Part shown: positions 36,726-48,665 of the stretch, piece after piece
Layout of the letters: the number at the start of each line of letters is the position of its first letter
Numbering within the stretch: the first letter of the stretch is position 1
Assembly (NCBI GenBank): GCA_964016885.1
Contig: OZ024742.1
Span: 291,710,001-291,774,000, forward strand
DNA from: Eledone cirrhosa
Taxonomy: Eukaryota
Direction: 5' to 3'
DNA: 64,000 nt
Notes under the pieces: generated by a model
Databases searched by the model: none
What the model was told of the DNA's origin: nothing
What the model saw: only the letters and a program-made list of their open reading frames with translations
Made by a program: the position numbers and the translations under genes

Positions 36726-39039
36726 GATCATCACAATCATTGCCACCATTACTACCACCACTATCATCATCAACAACACCATGACTGTTGTTGCCACTGC
36801 TGCTGCCACCCCCACAACCACCACCATCATCAACAATACAATGACTATCGTTGTCACTGCTGCCACCACCTCTGCCACCACTATTAGAAAATGTTCAGAA
36901 ATATATAATTTCTCACAAAATTATACATTTGTTATCTAAAATGCCACATTATTATTTATAACAAGAAGAAATTCTCGTTTGTTGTTTTTTCTTGTTTTTT
37001 AGTGAAATATCTCACAATTTTATCATTTAATGAACTTATCTGCCAATAAATCAGCTCTTAAATGATAAAATGTGGTTGTTAACTGGTCGTTAAAGGAAAG
37101 TAATTTAACACGGAAGAACATCTATGTTGGAAAATAATTATTTACTTATACAGTCATAAAAATTGGCTCAAAACTTGGATAAAGAAATTAAATATTTAAT
37201 ACACAAGTAAGATGCAAAGGTACAGAGCCTAGTGGTTAGGGTGTTGGGCTCCCAACTGCAATGAATTTGATAATTGAAACTTAAAGCTCATACCTATGTA
37301 AGTTAAAATGGCCTCCTGAGAGGTTTCATCACATAGGTTTTTAAAGTGTTTTAATGATAGGGGTTCCAGTTCTGTCATGTTTTTGTTATAGCTCACATCC
37401 TACAAGGTTGTATCACATAAAATGTTTCTCAATTGTTTTAATGATAGGGGCCCATGTTACTGCTCCTGGTTCTATGATACAAAACTATATTTTAAAGTAT
37501 GTATATTTATCTAAAAAGTGTCCATCATAATTTTATGTAAGAACATTTAATTCATGTTCCAAACACCAGCTCAAGCAAGGTACTTCATTTTATGCAGCGC
37601 CAGTTCTCTCAATTGGGAGTTAGCCCTATCATTGACTAGTGTCCCATCCCGATGAAATCTCAGTTGCTTAACACCCATGAAATCAGGAAAGGCTTTGTAA
37701 TCTTGAAAACAATGGATGTAAAACATGAACTTTAATTCTAAAGAATTAGTATTCTTAAATTCTTTTACTAGTTTTAGTCATTGGACTGAGGTCATGTTGG
37801 GGTACAGCATACAAGGGTTTAGTCAATATATATAGCCTAGTATTTATAGTTTTCAAGTCTTGTACTTATTTTTTCGATCTCTATTTGTTGAAAAGCTGTT
37901 ATGGGATAGAAAAAAAACACAGCATTAATTGTTAAGCAGTGTAGATGTAAACACAAAGATGAACTGACACATACACACCTCTCTCTCATATATATATATA
38001 TATATATAGATATATATATATATATATACACACACATAGCATGGTCACCTAGCCTCACTATTGAAAATATATATTTGATGATGGTGTGTGAACTTAAACA
38101 AAACATAGGTGCAGACATGACTGTGTTTCTTTGCTTAAACATCTAATATATATTCTAATTTCTTTTTCACAGTAAAACAATTTATAGGATCTAATTATAC
38201 AAATAATGAAGTAGTATGAAGAAAGACAAATAAGGATTGTTGGTTCATATAGAATAGAGAAATATTATCATTTAATTGCAAAAATAGACACAAAACTCCA
38301 TAAGACACAGAAAACAAAACAATAAAAGATATAATTGTTGTTCCCAAAAGAATCTCCTCATAACTGAACCACATAAATGAGATGACACAAAATTGAGCTG
38401 ACTAGTGATATGTCATAATAAGACACTGAACCTCATGAATGAGATGACACAAGACTAAGCTAATTGATGATATGTCATAATACAAAAGAACTGTACACCA
38501 GTATAAGCACTGCAACACTAAAGACCAGAGCGTAAATTGTTGGCAATTGAATAGAGAGAATATAGAATTTGAGTGGACTCTCCTATCTGGCTGAGCCTAT
38601 GACAACCGCTGTAGTGCTGCGGGGGGGGGGGGGGGGGGGGGGGGGGGCAATAAAATGCACCCAGTACACTATGTAAAGTCTTAGTGTTGGTGCAAAAAAA
38701 AAAAGTAACAAAAATACGCAGTCCACACTGTAAGGTGGTTAGCATTAGGAAAGGTGTTTAACTGTAGAAGCTATGTAAAATATGAAAGTTGTGAGCAAGA
38801 TGAGGTCACTCCGACCTATCTGACAAATTGGTAGAGTCGTTGAGGCATGTCATCATACACAGAAGAAAGAAAAACAAAGAATTGTAACAGACAATTGGTG
38901 AATTGGTTATCAGAAAAATGGGTCAACATAGAAATTAAGTCTATGATATATTGTAGTAAGTGGGGAACTCTGGAGTAATGTCCGGGGTAATGCTAACAGT
39001 CAATGGGTCAATATATTGGGTTGTAAGATAAATGCATTA

Positions 39040-39390
39040 TTTTCCAATGTTATATACTTGAAAATAACCACAGAGTCAATGCACTGACTCAACAAGGCAA
39101 TCCAACTGAAATGAGCTAAATAGCAACATGACGTGCTTCTACAACACAACAATAATCGCCCCTTCATCGCTAATCTGACCAAAAATGCTATTCAAGAGCT
39201 TAGGAAATTCTACATCAGCCATATTCTCCTGGTATAACACATTCAGATCATCACATTTTCCAAGTGTTCTCCAACAGTCTGTGAGGTGTTTCATTAAATA
39301 ACGATGTAAAGCTGAAATGTAGCTCAAGGAATTCTCTGAGTAAAGATCCTGTGAAGGAGAATATATTATTGACTGATTTCTTAAAATAGT
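39040..39390 (+). pseudogene. Mariner transposase C-terminal remnant
   Basis: The frameshifted translation VLLQHNNNRPFIANLTKNAIQEL/EILHQPYSPGITHSDHHIFQVFSNSL*GVSLNND matches the mariner HDNARPH..HPPYSPDLAPSDYHLF region. Confidence 0.8.
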
Positions 39391-39637
39391 TGATGGATTA
39401 CAATAAATGGAAAAAACAAACGAATGGATTTATCTGACAACCCTATAAAATTGGGTTAACTGAGAAATGAAGTCTGTCATGTATACTAGTAAAGTGGTAA
39501 TGATTGGGGTATCACAGACAATTGGGAATAGGTCAGCATAGAAATGGGTCAACATAGAAATGAAGTCCGTCATATATTGTAGTGAGGGATACTATAGGGT
39601 AATATCTGGTGTGACAGAGATAATTGGGGAATGGGTT

Positions 39638-40376
39638 AACATGAAAGTGGGACAGCATGGCAGTGGATCAGCATGCAAGTGAGACAGCATGGAAGCGAGA
39701 CAGCATGGAAGCGAGACAGCATGGCAGTGGGACAGCATGAGAGTGAGACAGCATGGCAATGGGAGAGCATGGCAGTGGGACAGCATGAAAGTGGGACAGC
39801 ATGAAAGTGGGACAGCATGAAAGTGGGACAGCATGAAAGTGGGACAGCATGAAAGTGGGTCAGCATGAAAGTGGGTCAGCATGGCAGTGGGACAGCATGG
39901 CAGTGGGACAGGATGAAAGTGGGACAGGATGAAAATGGGACAGGATGAAAATGGGACAGGATGAAAATGGGACAGCATGAAAGTGAGACAACATGAAAGT
40001 GGGACAGCATGAAAGTGGGACAGCATGAATGTGGGACATCATGGCAGTGGGACAGCATGAATGTGGGACAGCATGAATGTGGGACAGCGTGAATGTGGGA
40101 CAGCGTGAATGTGGGACAGCATGAAAGTGGGACAGCATGAAAGTGGGACAAGATGAAAGTGAGACAGCATGAAAGTGAGACAGCATGAAAGTGAGACAGC
40201 ATGGCAGTGGGACAGGATGAAAGTGGGACAGGATGAAAGTGGGACAGCATGAAAGTGAGACAGCATGAAAGTGAGACAGCATGGCAGTGGGACAGCATGA
40301 AAGTGAGACAGCATGAAAGTGAGACAGCATGGCAGTGGGACAACATGAAAGTGGAACATGAAAGTGAGACATCAAA
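39638..40376. repeat. 16-bp minisatellite (~46 units)
   Basis: The unit is cagcatgaaagtggga, with variants (ggc/gaa, gag/ggg, agg/agc). Confidence 0.97.
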
Positions 40377-40734
40377 GTAGGCCAATACGACAGTAGATAA
40401 CAGATGTGAAATATGTCATATGTTGTAGTGTGGGGACACTACTGTATAATGTCAGTGGTAACAGAAACAATTGGAAAATAGGTCAGCATGGAAGTGATCA
40501 ATACAGAAATTCAATGACAGAGAAATAAATTAGGTCATATATTGTAATCAGGATTTGTACCGATTCTTTTACTGGTTTCAATCATTAGACTATGTATTTC
40601 AGTTTCATACATATTTCATCAATTTCTATCCAAATGGTTTAAATGGCTAAGTTACCCAGTGAATTACAAGGATGCATGTCAAAATGCACCATTTTTCTGT
40701 GGCACACTCACTCACACACACTTTTTTGCGCCAT

Positions 40735-41010
40735 CACTATATCATGACGTTCCATGCTGTTTGATCTTGAGCGGGATCCCATACTTCTGTGGCTTTGATG
40801 TTGAAATTATCAAAAAAGGACCTCCTTTGACGACCTCTGCCATGCTTCCCAGGAATGTTTCCGCTAATGGAAAGGTCTTTCAGCATGCCTTTCCTGATGG
40901 CATGTCCTAGGAACACACACCCAAATACAGTGGGCTTCTGCTCGTGTTTGGCAAAGTGGAATCAGCTATGCCTGCATATAACAGAAGTTATCAATGAGTC
41001 TTGTCGATAG
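40735..41010 (-). mobile_element. RTE (BovB-type) LINE 3' fragment
   Basis: The minus strand gives FLGHAIRKGMLKDLSISGNIPGKHGRGRQRRSFFDNF..AQDQTAWNVMI*. Confidence 0.75.
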
Positions 41011-41323
41011 GGGTAAGATTTGAAATAATAACCATATGGTTCAAAGTCCACCTTTTTAAAGATCTTGTGACCATATAGCAAACAATAATATACTTTCTCT
41101 GTTTTAATGAGAAGTTCAGTGAAATAACTAACTTTTGACTTAAAAACAAAAGACATATTTAACTACTGAAATCTAATATTCATTCTGTAATAACGAGATT
41201 TCCATCTAAGTTATGAATTTAAATTTGAACACTTTATTAGAGATGGTTTCAGGTAAGTTGGTGTTTAAAGGGTTAGCCTCTCTACCAATTTAGCTACCAC
41301 AACATTTGAATATATGTATTTAA

Positions 41324-41612
41324 CCATTTTGATACTTAACCAACAGAAACCACTCTGGGTTCTATGATACAAAACTGTTTTAACCCTTTCATAACTGCGT
41401 TTCTAATGAAATACACTATTTTGATTGATTAATGAAGAATTGAGGGATTTACTAAAATTATTAATTATTTCATTACTAAGATAGTAACTTAATGTAAGGT
41501 TCTTATATAAAATCATTTTGGAAGATATTAATTTAAATTGGAAACTTTTGAAATGGATGGTCTTATTTCATAGAACCAGAGCCAGTTTTGGCTGGGTTGG
41601 TAACAAAAGAGT
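41324..41612. mobile_element. AT-rich piggyBac-like MITE family (ttaa-ccc(t)tttgatacc ... ggtatcaaaaggg-ttaa)
   Basis: Degenerate TIRs ending in TTAA. Related fragments occur at ~320-490, 18180-18420, 30310-31380, 32340-32785, 41620-41885, 49400-49635 and 52600-52960. Confidence 0.6.
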
Positions 41613-42049
41613 TAAAGCATTAATATTTATCTATTACCAAATCCTTTCAAATTTATTTTAAAATCTTAGGTAGTACCTTTCATTAGAAATATGGCAACAA
41701 AAGGGTTAAAGTCTTTATATTTACCTAAAACTCTTCCAACATAATTTTATGCAAAAATATTTGTTATGTTCCAAACATCAATTGAACAATGAGAAATCCC
41801 TCTAAAGTTTTGATTATTTTGAAAATGATTTGAAAACCATAGGCAGTGTCATACATTAGATATATAGTAATTAAAGGGTTAAACAAATAGCACAAGTGGA
41901 AAACAAATAAAAGAAAGCAGAGCCAGAAATAAAAGGTGAATCTGAAACCCATGACTTGTGGTTTAATCTTCAGGAATATTTTACCAATTATCTGACATAA
42001 AGTCACTGTCACGTCTTTCTCTGTCTACATAATCTTATAAGCCTGCTAC

Positions 42050-42500
42050 CAACATCACCACCACCATCATCATCATCAGCACTATCACAATCATCACCAT
42101 CATCACTATCACAACAACCATCATCAAAATCATCACCATCACCATTACAACAGCCATTATCACCATAATCATCACCATCATCACTACCATTAACACCACC
42201 ATCATCATCACCATTACAACAACCATGATCACCACAACTATTATCTCCACCACCAGCACCATCACAACCATCATCATCATCACAACAACGACCATCACCA
42301 CAATCATCAATATCATCATCATCACCATTATCAACCATTAACACCACTGTCACAACAACCACCATCATCATTACTATCACCAATACCACGATCACCATCA
42401 TAAAAATCACCACCACCAAGACCACTATCACCCCCCCCCCCCCAACAATACTACTATGAAAAAATACCAGTACCACCATTACAATCACCACCACTGCTAC
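42050..42500. repeat. (CAT/CAC/CAA)n microsatellite tract
   Basis: Degenerate trinucleotide repeats. Confidence 0.9.
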
Positions 42501-42844
42501 TACATCACATGATTAAAGACTGTTTCCATTAAACAAAGGTGTAGTAGATGACAGCAGCAGAAGCGACAACAGCAGCAGCAAAAACATCAGCAGTTGTACA
42601 CTGTCAGTCTTATCTCTCTTGTTCTTGTAACTCTCCCTCTCTCTCTCTGACAGACAACAACAACTAATTCCACAGTTAACTCAGTGGTGGTGGGCATACA
42701 CCATCTCTGAAAACTAGATTGCCTATATGGATATATATTGTAATCTACTAAGTAAGACAAAAGGTTTTTCTCCATTTTTTTTCAATAAGTAGATTGTTTT
42801 TGAGAGAGAGAATTAGAATAAGAGAGAGATAGATTGACAGGATA

Positions 42845-43130
42845 TCATCATCGTTTTTAGGTCTGTTTTTCCATTATTGCATGGGTTGGATGTGTCCTTT
42901 TCAGCACAGCATCTCTCCACTCACTGTGTTTCTTTGTCATCTCCTCAGTGAGTCTCAGCCATTTGAGGTCAGCTCTCACCACCTCTGGCCAAGCTTTTCT
43001 CGGTCTACCTCTACTGTAGCATCACACTTTGCACACAAGCATCATACAGTCATCTTTTCCTATGTAGGGAGAAACCTTTTGATGTCACCAGAGGGAGTAG
43101 CTCTCTAAACTTCTTCCATCCTATCCTTAT
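42845..43130 (-). mobile_element. RTE family-B-like 3' fragment with internal deletion
   Basis: Reverse complement of the RTE-B 3' end (..ggagagatgctgtgctgaaaagg..(GAT)n), extending back to the GWKKFREL region. Confidence 0.75.
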
Positions 43131-43134
43131 GGCA

Positions 43135-43487
43135 GTTTAGAGAGCTAATCCCACTGTTGACAATAAAAGGTTTCTCCTTATTTACAAAAGGATGACTATA
43201 TGCCACCTGTGATATATATATATGTTGTAATGTGCGGGAGAGAAGACTGTGATGGTATGGACATGTGATGACAGCTGGGTAAAGAAATGCCAAGAAATCC
43301 CAGTAGAAGGAAGACGCAGTAGAGGAAGATCACAAAAAGCATGGGTGGAGGTGGTGAGAGCAGACCTCAGATTGCTGAAGCTCACGGAGGATATGACAAA
43401 GGACGGTGACAAGTGGAGAGATGCTGTGCTGAATAGGACCCATCCGACCCTTGCAAGCAGGGAAAAGCGGACGTAAAATGATGATGA

Positions 43488-43492
<5 letters not shown>
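43135..43492 (+). mobile_element. RTE family B 3' fragment
   Basis: ORF 43249-43476 (WVKKCQEIPVEGRRSRGR..PTLASREKRT) closely matches the C-terminus of 10465-13098. (GAT)n tail present. Confidence 0.92.
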
Positions 43493-43530
<38 letters not shown>

Positions 43531-43729
43531 CATACATACACGTACATAGACATACATACAAACATTTTTATATATACACGTGTGTATGCATGTATATATG
43601 TGTGTAATGTATAAATGATGATAATGATGATATAACACCACATCTGAAAATCTACATGTATATAAAACCATTGGCAATGCAAAGAATATATACATATATT
43701 ATCTTCATCAGTATATACATATACATACA

Positions 43730-44015
43730 TAGGGTCATCAGCTGTGTCAAGGACATAACATCCCTAGTGTTGGTGCCATGACAAACTGCACCAAGCCCAT
43801 ATTGTAATGCACTAGTGTTAGTACCATAATAGAATGCACCCAGTACACTCCGTAAGATGGCTGTCATTATGGAGGATATCCAGCTGTAAAACCATGCCAA
43901 TTTATGGAACAATCGAACAAGACATGGTTATCTAACCTGACTAGTCCCAAAACATGACAAGCAGTTCTGCCCATGCCAGCATGGAACATGTAGATAAAAC
44001 AGTGATGATGATGAT
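43730..44015 (+). mobile_element. Non-autonomous retroposon with RTE-type tail and two ~48-bp units
   Basis: ctagtgttggtgcc..gcacc occurs twice, followed by ggatatccagctgtaaaacc, cccatgccagcatggaa and (GAT)n. Confidence 0.65.
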
Positions 44016-44129
44016 ATCAGGATCTGATTTAGAGATATTATGAGCTCATACAAGAGGAAGAACTCAATATGTATAATAAAGTATTTATATAACTATGATA
44101 GTTTGGCAAAGTAAGTGTGTCATTTGGAA

Positions 44130-44176
<47 letters not shown>

Positions 44177-44183
44177 TATATAT

Positions 44184-44477
44184 TGTTATAATTTTGGAGG
44201 GTCATGCTGTCAATAAAAACACACACATATATTGGATTTACTTCAATTTATTCTAAACTCACAGTCGGTTTGTTAAATAACTGGATGGTTGATTAGTTGA
44301 TTGTCAAAGCTGTTTCATCACACGTTTTTTATCTCCATAGTGATTACCTTTGTTGTTAGTTTGTGTCTCTCCTTTGTCCTCTCCTACACCATCTTGTTTT
44401 TGTGAGCTCATAAAAACGATGGTTTAGGACAGAGCTTGGTGTTTTTAATGGCACCATGACCCTCCCAAAGTATAACA
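44184..44477. mobile_element. TGT...ACA element with ~39-bp TIRs and ATAT flanks (Ginger-like MITE)
   Basis: tgttataattttggagggtcatgctgtcaataaaaacac pairs with gtgtttttaatggcaccatgaccctcccaaagtataaca. ATAT lies on both sides. Confidence 0.7.
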
Positions 44478-44540
44478 ATATCTGTTTTAACACACGATTT
44501 CAGATAAAAAAATCTTGCAAAACAAATACAAAAACGAAGT

Positions 44541-44575
<35 letters not shown>

Positions 44576-44680
44576 AATTTTGAGTATATGTTGGTTGTTT
44601 ACCAACACCCCAGTATGCAGATTGGAGCACTGCACTCAACGAAGTATACAGGTTGGTTTGGTTACTCAGGAGTAATGTAA

Positions 44681-44973
44681 AATAAAATAATTAAGTCAAA
44701 TATTTAAAATTTGGCTTCGTTTATTAAAGATGTACTGCCGTATTGGTGTGGTAGAGACAGGTACACATGTTAAAGTGTTTTACTCCATCAATACTCCGAT
44801 ATGTCCAACTCCTGGTTGGGTTGTTACTTCTCTGAGGAACTGGAATCATATGATTCCAGTTCCTCAAAGAAATAACCCAACCAGGAGCTGGACATATGGC
44901 TGTCACCGAAATATATATAGCAGTACATAATAAACGAAGCTAAATTTTAAATATTTGACTTAATTATTTTATT
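44681..44973. repeat. Long fold-back palindrome (~290 bp)
   Basis: The outer arms aataaaataattaagtcaaatatttaaaatttggcttcgtttatta are near-perfect. The centre is a perfect 34-bp loopless palindrome at 44833-44866. Confidence 0.92.
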
Positions 44974-44982
44974 ATATATACA

Positions 44983-45029
<47 letters not shown>

Positions 45030-45807
45030 AGGTGGGTGGAGAAAGTAGCAACAATGGCTCTGATCATTCTTAAAAAAAGTCCAATGACACAAGAATATGT
45101 TTCCAGTTAGATTCCATTGTTAAAGAAAACCATACAAAACTAGAAAAGATAACAAAAAGAAGGACTGCTATGTTTTAATGTTTTTTGGTCTAAATCTGTG
45201 AGCACTGAAGATTTTTAAGCAGTTTTTAATTTTTCATTTTGATATCTTGTGATTTACTTTCTACTGATCAAATCATTTTCTTTTTAAATATCTTAAATTA
45301 TAAATTCAAGCCTATGGCTTATTTTTTTTTTTTTGGTTAATACAGATTCTCTTAAATGGGCACATATTCACTAAAGTTCTGTTTACAATTCCTTTGAAAA
45401 GTGTAGAAATAACCAGTTCTAAATTAACTTAAAGAAAAACAAAGAACAAATGTTTTATCCAATTCCATTTAAAAGTTTTTGGTTGAAGAAGAAGCACCTA
45501 AGAAAGTGGCAAGAGAGAGAAAGTGAAAGAGATAAGGGGGAAGAAAGAATTGGTAGAAGTAGAAGATAAAGTGTGCATTAGTCCATTCTTTGAAATCAAA
45601 TATTGATTTCTTTAGAGTGGAATGGTAAAAGGAGTTTTTAGCAATGACCATATATCTGTTTTGATAAAGAAGAAAGTTAAATCTGTAAGTCAGTAAAATT
45701 TGAACAGGAAAGAAAAAATAGCATTGAAAATATGCCAAGAAAGGTATTTAATGCAATTGTTTTGTGTATGTATGTATATGTAATGCATGTGTATATAGAT
45801 GCATGTG

Positions 45808-45854
<47 letters not shown>

Positions 45855-45900
45855 GAGAGAGAGAGAGATGTGCGCGCACACATTAACCAGACACATATCA

Positions 45901-45931
<31 letters not shown>

Positions 45932-46331
45932 CATACACACACACACACACATTATATTATAATACCTATATACTCATATATATATATATATACGGTAGAG
46001 AGGGAAAGAAAGAGAGACAGACAGACAGATAGCAGAAAAAAGTGGATAGTGAAGATATTTTAGTTGACTGAACCAGTTTGAAACCACCTAAATGTGGAGT
46101 ATTGATTTATTCCTGTTGAAATAAAATTTATACAATAAAATAGAATACATTGATAAATACATATATATATATGTGTGTGTGTGTGTGCGACTTTGTGTGT
46201 GTGACTGTGTATGATTGGGTGTGTGTATGCTGAGAAGATAGAAGCCTAGCTAAGCTGAGTGGGTAAATCTTTTCCCATGAACATTTATAGTGGCTCTTAT
46301 AGGATAGAAACCTGTGGAAATTTGCTTCAAT

Positions 46332-46610
<279 letters not shown>

Positions 46611-46727
46611 GGAGCAGCCAAAGTTAACTGAGCCAGGCTGATATATATTTATATTGCTTTCACTCTTAAGTGAAGGCACACACACACACACATACACACA
46701 CATATATATATATATTCACATATGGGT

Positions 46728-47025
46728 GTATGTGGTTTAGTTGTCAGGGTGTTTAGTTAACACAGGGAATGCCATAGGTTGGAATTGTGATGGCATCTTG
46801 TATCCTTGAGCAAAACTATGTTAGATTGCTCTAGTCCACTCACCTAGCAAAAATGAGTTGTAGATGTAATGTCAAACACTGTGTAATGATGAATCTCCCT
46901 GAGAACTACATTAAAAGGATACCCATGTCTGTGTAATGCTCAGCCACATACCCATTAATTCCAGGTACAGGCTGACTTGTTGTTCAAGTCACTGAATAAC
47001 TGTCATTAGAACTGACAACATTATA
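46728..47025 (+). mobile_element. tRNA-derived SINE (S2-related), degenerate
   Basis: tgtggtttagttgtcagggtg..tccttgagcaaaac..ttgctctagtccactcacctagcaaaaatgagt. Confidence 0.6.
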
Positions 47026-48357
47026 TATCATCATCATCATCAACATAATTATTTCATATCTGATTTTTGTCCATGCTGACATGGGTTGGATAGGTTGTCA
47101 TAGACCTAATTAGTACTTAATTGGAGTTACTGTTTCTTCACCAATGATCCAGGGGCTACATTCCACTTACATGCATTTATGTTTTGCCATGGTTTTGGGA
47201 TGCCTTTCCTATCAAGCACTATGTTAGTATTCTAAACCTAGTAGAGTTTAGAAGAGAGAGAGAGATCCAAGTTAAATCAGAGGTAACCACAATAAATAAA
47301 GTACTGAATACTTTAGTAAAGTGTAAACATCATTATTTAATATAGAAGTGGCTTTTACAGGACTAGAACTGTTTCATTCGAATAAAATCATCATATATGT
47401 ATGTGTAAATTCAATGAGGAAAACCAACACATAGGAACAATACAGTACAATGAAGATAGGAAAATATTCCTAATATTTCAGATGTTAGTTCTTCAGTAAA
47501 TAGAATGAGATAGAATAAATAAAAAGATAGATGAGAGTAAGAGGAGGAAGAAACAGAAAAAAATAAAAACCTTTTACAGGAGAAAAGCAAGTGTGTGTTT
47601 AGTTAGCCATTTGGGAATATATATGTATACGTACATGTATGTAAGCATACATGTATGTAAACATATATATCCCCAAATGGCTGACAAATACATATATGTA
47701 TTAGATTAACTGAGATATTTGTGCTAGGATGACATACCATTGAAGCCCTCTTCTGATTGACTAATTTGCATTAGTCAATCTAAAGTAGGCTTTTGACAGA
47801 ATACCATAAACCCAGACCTCAGAACTCTCACAGGAACCTATTTGGGATTTTCTTCAGATTACACTGGACACTTAAGTATTAGGCATAGAATAATGATTTG
47901 TGAGAGTAGTGTAGGCCATGTACATAGGTGTTGTCAGTAAAGTTAGAGCTAAAAATGAGTTTAATGAGAAATTTAGTTTGCAAGTAGGTGTGCACTCAAG
48001 CTTGGTTGCTAGCCTGCTCTTGTTTATTATGATTCTCCAAGCTACAACAGATGAGTTTAAAACCAGCTGTCCATGGGAACTCCAAGTGCTTATAGCCAAA
48101 TCTGTGGAAGATTTAGAGAAAAAATTCCAGACATTGAAACAAAACCTAAATTGAAAGGCCTCAGAATAAACTTAGCACAGACCAAAGTTTAAAGTAAGAA
48201 AGAAGATAAAACTGGCAGTGCTTGATATGTAGAAAAAAGATTGGTAGGAATTCCATACTGTGTCCCCAGTGGAAACTATGGGTGTACAACAGAGAAGCTT
48301 ACAGAAATGTTAGACTATGTGTGTGGGAGATCATCATTATCATTATTGCAATCACAG

Positions 48358-48423
48358 GGTCGATAAAATAAAGTACCAGTAATACACTGCGTAATTGCTG
48401 GCCTTGTGCCAAAAGTAGAAACA
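48358..48423 (+). mobile_element. SINE S1 3' fragment with 16-bp TSD
   Basis: attattgcaatcacag (48342-57) and attattgcgatcacag (48424-39) flank ggtcgataaaataaagtacc..ggccttgtgccaaaagtagaaaca. Confidence 0.85.
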
Positions 48424-48439
48424 ATTATTGCGATCACAG

Positions 48440-48665
48440 AACATTCCTGACAAAGTCTCTTCATAATTCACGATTTTCCATTGCTCCTGGCAACTCCTCT
48501 CTACTGAGGTTTGTATTATCTGAGAGTTGATCAATGAAGGTTCAAGCAGGTTTTCCTCTACTGTGTCTCCCATGAGTTGGTTCCCACAATAGTAACTTGT
48601 ATATAACTTCCTGTTTACTTCTCCAGCAGTGTCCTGCAAATTGTAATCATCTTTGAGCAATTGTA
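48440..48665 (-). mobile_element. RTE-like LINE C-terminal fragment (different family)
   Basis: An alternative minus-strand frame gives ..LQFAGHCWRSKQEVIYKLLLWEPTHGRHSRGKPA*TFIDQL... Confidence 0.7.

Noticed and set aside
38621-38647. Poly-G/poly-C runs (also near 3003, 35818, 55436, 60629) as G-quadruplex regulators
   Set aside because: They are simple homopolymers inside decayed repeats, with unreliable length and no functional context.
39592-40385. Cys/His-rich ORFs resembling metallothionein or zinc-finger proteins
   Set aside because: They are translations of a 16-bp minisatellite, giving the same peptide in all three frames.
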